A DNA stretch of 21,804 nt from Tepidisphaerales bacterium (lineage in GTDB: Bacteria; Planctomycetota; Phycisphaerae; Tepidisphaerales; Tepidisphaeraceae), in the NCBI GenBank assembly GCA_038230975.1, contig JBBRMF010000067.1, positions 1 to 21,804 of the forward strand, written 5' to 3'. Below the pieces are notes generated by a model that made no database searches, was not told the DNA's origin, and saw only the letters and a program-made list of their open reading frames with translations. The stretch's first letter is position 1. Each line of letters begins with the position of its first letter. Shown piece after piece: positions 19,301 through 21,804 of this stretch. Made by a program: the position numbers and the translations under genes.

Positions 19301-21804
19301 GGCCCGATTACCAGCCTCACAAACAGCCATTCCTATTACAGTGCACTGGATGGAATTGATCTTTTCAACGGCGGCACTACGTCCGTCACTGGAAATGAGA
19401 CCGATCATAACCGAATCGGCATTTACGCGGATAACAATGCCGGTGGCACCACGTTGGTGGGTGCGCTTGATCTAAGCGGCCCGAATCAGGTTCACGACAA
19501 CACGCTCTACGGAATTTACGCCTATCGCAACATTCAGGTTGCGGGCAATGTGGTGTGGAACCAGACTGCACTGAATGACGCGGGAATCTACCTGTATTAT
19601 TACGGCGGTGATTCTACTTTGCAGAACGTTGTGTACTCGAACTACAACGGTATCTTCGCATTACTTTCGTCGGGGTTAATCTCCGGCAACCGCGTTTTCA
19701 ACAATGCCAACATCGGGATCAGTGCGGCCAACAGCGTCGTGCAGAATAACGTGGTCTACTCGAATGGCACGGGGATTACGCTCGGCTATTACAACACGAC
19801 TACAACCGCCTCCGGCAATCTGGTCTATGCAAACGCGACGGCCGGGATCGTCGTCAATAATGCCAGCAGCAACGGCGGTGAGAATCTGTTTAACAACACG
19901 GTCTATGCGTTGACCGGCGATGCCGTGCGGGTTCTGCCGAACAGTCCGAACGTCCACCTTGAAAATAATATTCTCTGGTCGTTGACGGGTTTTGATATCA
20001 GTGTTGATCCCACCAGCCAAGTCGGTTTCCAGAGTGACTACAACGACCTGTACGCCACTGCCACAGGGGCGATTGCGCTTTGGCAGGGGGTTCCTCGTCA
20101 GACGCTTAACAACTGGCAGAACACCGCGTTCACGGATCAAAACAGCCTCACGCAAAATCCGCAGTTCGTCAATATTGCCGGCGCTGATGGAATCCTGGGC
20201 TTTTCCGGTGGCGTTGATCATGGGAGTGATGATGACTTCCATCTTAAGAGCAGCAACGCATCGTTCCATGGCGGTTCGCTCGCCCCGATACTCGTCGCCG
20301 GAGTGGCCGTTGCCGCCCCTGGTGTGGCAACCGCCGATGGATCGCAATCGCCCGCGATCGATCGAGGGGATGCGTCGTTTGCTTTTGGAAATGAGTCGAC
20401 GCCAAACGGTGAGTTCCTCAATCTGGGATTTGAAGGCAACACTTCTCAGGCTTCCAAAAGTCCTGCGGAGTACGTTTTGGTGACTCGTCCCGATGGCGGT
20501 GACGTTTGGCCGGCCGGTCAAACTTTCCCGATTCGATGGCGTAGCAACAGTGCGAATGGTGGGGCGAATCTTGTGCAGAACGGCGGCGCTGAGTCGCCGG
20601 TCGTGGCCGGACAGCTTCCAGGTTGGACGCAGATTTCCGGAACATGGAGCGAAGTCAATACAACCGCAGTTCCGCAAGAAGGCACGAAGACATTCTTCGC
20701 AGGTCAGTCCGCAGTCTCAGAACTGAGACAGGATGTGGATGTTTCTTCGTATGCCCCGGCGATTGATGGCGGATTCCAAGGTTTTAGCTTTGAGGGCTTC
20801 GTTCAATCCTATGGCCAACTACCGGTTGATACATCTCGAATCGTTGTGGAGTATTTGAACGCCACGAAGACTACCGTCCTCTCGACGTATGATTCCGGCC
20901 TGGTCGGCAGTGTCAATGTCTGGCAACGCCTTGCGGATACTCGCCTGGCCCCAGTCGGCACTCGATTTGTCCGAATCCATCTGATCGCTACGCGTAACAG
21001 CGGCACGGACAACGACGGTTACTTCGACAACATCTCATTGCATCCGGCCAATGTCTTCAACATTGACCTGATGCAAGTTGGAAATGGTGTGCCAGTCCTA
21101 TCCATCGCCACGAATGTAATCAGCGGTACGGACGGAAGTCTCCAATGGTCAATTCCGACTTCCGGGCTTTTGCCCAATACGAATTATACCGTTCGAGTCA
21201 CCAAGCTTAGCACGGCGGTTTCTGACTCGAGCAACCTTCCGTTCAGCATCACTGCGCCGGTACATAACTACTTCGTAAACGACGGAACCACTGCCGGTGA
21301 CCAATACACCACTGCAGTAGGTAACGATGCCAATAGTGGATTGGATGCGGCGCATCCAAAAGCCTCTATTCGCGCGGTGTTCCAGGCGTACACCTTGGGT
21401 GCCGGTGATACGATCTATGTGGATACGGGCGTTTATACGCTCGCGTCAAACGTTGTGGTATCAAACGCTGCCAGCGGCGTGACGATCGTGGGGGGCAGTT
21501 TGAATAATTCGACGAGCTTGTCTTACAGCCCGCAGGTTTTGGTGGATGGCCCGCTGGCGTACTACCGGCTGGGTGATTCGGGCTCGACGGCTGTGGATTC
21601 GAGTGGGAACGGATTGAACGGGACGTTTGTGGGGGGTGTGACGAAGGGTACTGCGGGGGTTCTGCCGTCGGATGCCAACACGGCGGTGACGCTGGATGGG
21701 CTGACGGGGGCGGTGAAGCTGGGGAGCGGGTTTGGGGACTTCACGAGCGGGTTTACGTGGGAGGGCTGGGTGAACCCGACGTCGTTCTCGGCGGGGAACA
21801 ACCA
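7364..21804 (+). CDS. Giant multidomain extracellular or adhesin-like protein, 5-prime partial in this window (at least 4,813 aa, continuing past the window end). It contains novel ~281-aa tandem repeats, RTX calcium-binding repeats, a propeller-like region, three right-handed beta-helices, CBM-like and Ig-like modules, and a LamG-like domain.
   Basis: The ATG at 7364 has GGAGG 5 nt upstream and an in-frame TGA stop at 7322. The frame stays open to the window end. The ORF track lists no ATG-to-stop ORFs in this frame after 7364, as expected for a single open frame. Codons spot-checked at 7961, 8801, 9641, 10481, 11321, 13190, 16382, 18767 and 21542 all read sensibly in frame. The frame carries many recognisable motifs: GGxGxD nonapeptides, YYVNDxS...GD.V.VDTG.Y beta-helix starts, NPGFE...GW carbohydrate-binding-like starts, and a LamG-like [24 protein letters not shown] stretch. 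Confidence 0.85.
   Translation, partial: [4813 protein letters not shown]
7900..12450 (+). repeat. Protein-level tandem array of five to six diverged ~281-aa repeat units (period about 840 nt) of unrecognised family, lying within the giant CDS.
   Basis: Anchor motifs recur at 7964 (AYWD), 8807 (FYVND), 9647 (FFIVD), 10481 (FYIIQ) and 11327 (FYIVD), with a degenerate sixth copy at about 12371 (GFFIGD). Each unit also carries VN.N.NA.LGF.GVNVTGG.AT...TL.L.DP and TL..NWADI motifs and an IPL(I/L) helical segment. The units are diverged, so this is not a nucleotide-level repeat. Confidence 0.6.
13190..15075 (+). repeat. RTX / hemolysin-type calcium-binding nonapeptide repeat region (GGxGxDxxx). 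Three ~45-aa spacer repeats are interspersed at about 14030-14560.
   Basis: Runs such as [37 protein letters not shown] and [37 protein letters not shown] span dozens of nonapeptides. The spacer repeats have the consensus T(D/N)F.LT..SL.RA.G.SF.L.G...A.LT(G/A)G...N..D..GF. Long ORFs on other frames here (13001-14026 minus, 13245-14168 plus) are GGN-repeat artefacts. Confidence 0.75.
15200..16370 (+). other. Beta-propeller-like repeat region of the giant protein, with about 6-7 blades of roughly 50 aa each.
   Basis: The pattern P.I.[10 protein letters not shown].E....IYAA....G.W..L(G/A)G recurs (for example [22 protein letters not shown]...[24 protein letters not shown]...[25 protein letters not shown]...[10 protein letters not shown] and [15 protein letters not shown]). 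A Pro/Ser/Thr-rich linker (15076-15200) precedes it. Confidence 0.45.
16390..17830 (+). other. Right-handed parallel beta-helix unit 1 of the giant protein (pectin-lyase fold, of the DUF1565 type).
   Basis: It starts [16 protein letters not shown]...[31 protein letters not shown]. Successive beta-helix coils follow ([95 protein letters not shown]). It ends [12 protein letters not shown]...DYNDLHASG. Confidence 0.65.
17912..18402 (+). other. Jelly-roll carbohydrate-binding-module-like domain 1 (CBM_4_9 or galactose-binding-like).
   Basis: It opens [16 protein letters not shown] and runs through [29 protein letters not shown]. Confidence 0.45.
18460..18770 (+). other. Ig-like beta-sandwich module 1.
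   Basis: [13 protein letters not shown]...PVKIDLYQD...[22 protein letters not shown]...GLRIQVSL has the G..I.W...V.I.LY....I...T.N.G.FTW.P...G.Y.I pattern. Confidence 0.4.
18782..20250 (+). other. Right-handed parallel beta-helix unit 2.
   Basis: It starts [34 protein letters not shown]...[16 protein letters not shown]. Coils include [75 protein letters not shown] and [15 protein letters not shown]. It ends [11 protein letters not shown]...[12 protein letters not shown]. Confidence 0.65.
20409..21045 (+). other. Jelly-roll CBM-like domain 2, with a short Ig-like segment at its N-terminal side.
   Basis: [13 protein letters not shown]...[23 protein letters not shown]...[11 protein letters not shown]...[10 protein letters not shown]...[29 protein letters not shown]. 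Confidence 0.45.
21046..21262 (+). other. Ig-like beta-sandwich module 2.
   Basis: [51 protein letters not shown]...LPFSITAPV. Confidence 0.4.
21263..21540 (+). other. N-terminal cap of beta-helix unit 3.
   Basis: [60 protein letters not shown] matches the start motifs of beta-helix units 1 and 2. Confidence 0.5.
21545..21804 (+). other. LamG-like (concanavalin-A-like lectin, Laminin_G_3-type) jelly-roll domain, truncated by the window edge.
   Basis: [33 protein letters not shown]...[18 protein letters not shown]...[16 protein letters not shown] fits the signature start of LamG_3 domains (L.a.w.lde..G..a.DsSGnG.nGt..gg......g..g.al.fdG....v.....ft...ft.s.Wv.p). Confidence 0.6.

Noticed and set aside
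1-21804. A search for CRISPR arrays, tRNA or rRNA genes, and transposase, integrase or IS terminal inverted repeats.
   Set aside because: There are no regularly spaced direct repeats, no cloverleaf-like conserved tRNA boxes in the intergenic regions, and no DDE transposase or integrase-like ORFs. The window appears to be a chromosomal coding region rather than a mobile element.

Overview
This 21.8 kb window looks like it comes from a moderate-GC bacterium, possibly Planctomycetota; that assignment is inferred only from the protein architectures. It has two parts.

Part A, 1-6900, all on the minus strand:
- An overlapping DUF4258/DUF2283 toxin-antitoxin-like pair (54-676).
- A 343-aa protein I cannot assign to any family (875-1906).
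- A co-directional cluster of two paralogous flotillin-like SPFH/Band-7 membrane proteins (2162-3835 and 3916-5625), preceded by a 62-aa transmembrane plus zinc-ribbon protein (5687-5875).
- A 512-bp apparently non-coding region carrying a long nested inverted repeat.
- A signal-peptide-bearing Gly-rich coiled-coil protein (6388-6894).

Part B, 7364 to the window end on the plus strand, is one uninterrupted reading frame of at least 4,813 codons. It has no in-frame stop and runs off the window. The supplied ORF track lists no ATG-to-stop ORF in this frame anywhere after 7364 (all its plus-strand entries there are in the other two frames), which is what one continuous frame with no stop inside the window predicts. 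The encoded protein has:
- an Arg-rich N-terminus with no Sec-type signal peptide;
- five to six tandem repeats of about 281 aa that I do not recognise;
- a 1.9 kb block of RTX-type GGxGxD calcium-binding nonapeptides, interrupted by three ~45-aa spacer repeats;
- a propeller-like repeat region;
- three right-handed beta-helix units, each opening with a YYVND/YFVND motif and alternating with jelly-roll CBM-like and Ig-like modules;
- the start of a LamG-like lectin domain at the window edge.

There are no rRNA, tRNA, CRISPR or transposase signatures. Several long antisense ORFs inside the giant gene are artefacts of its GGN-rich repeats. All domain calls come from motif recognition by eye; no database search was run.
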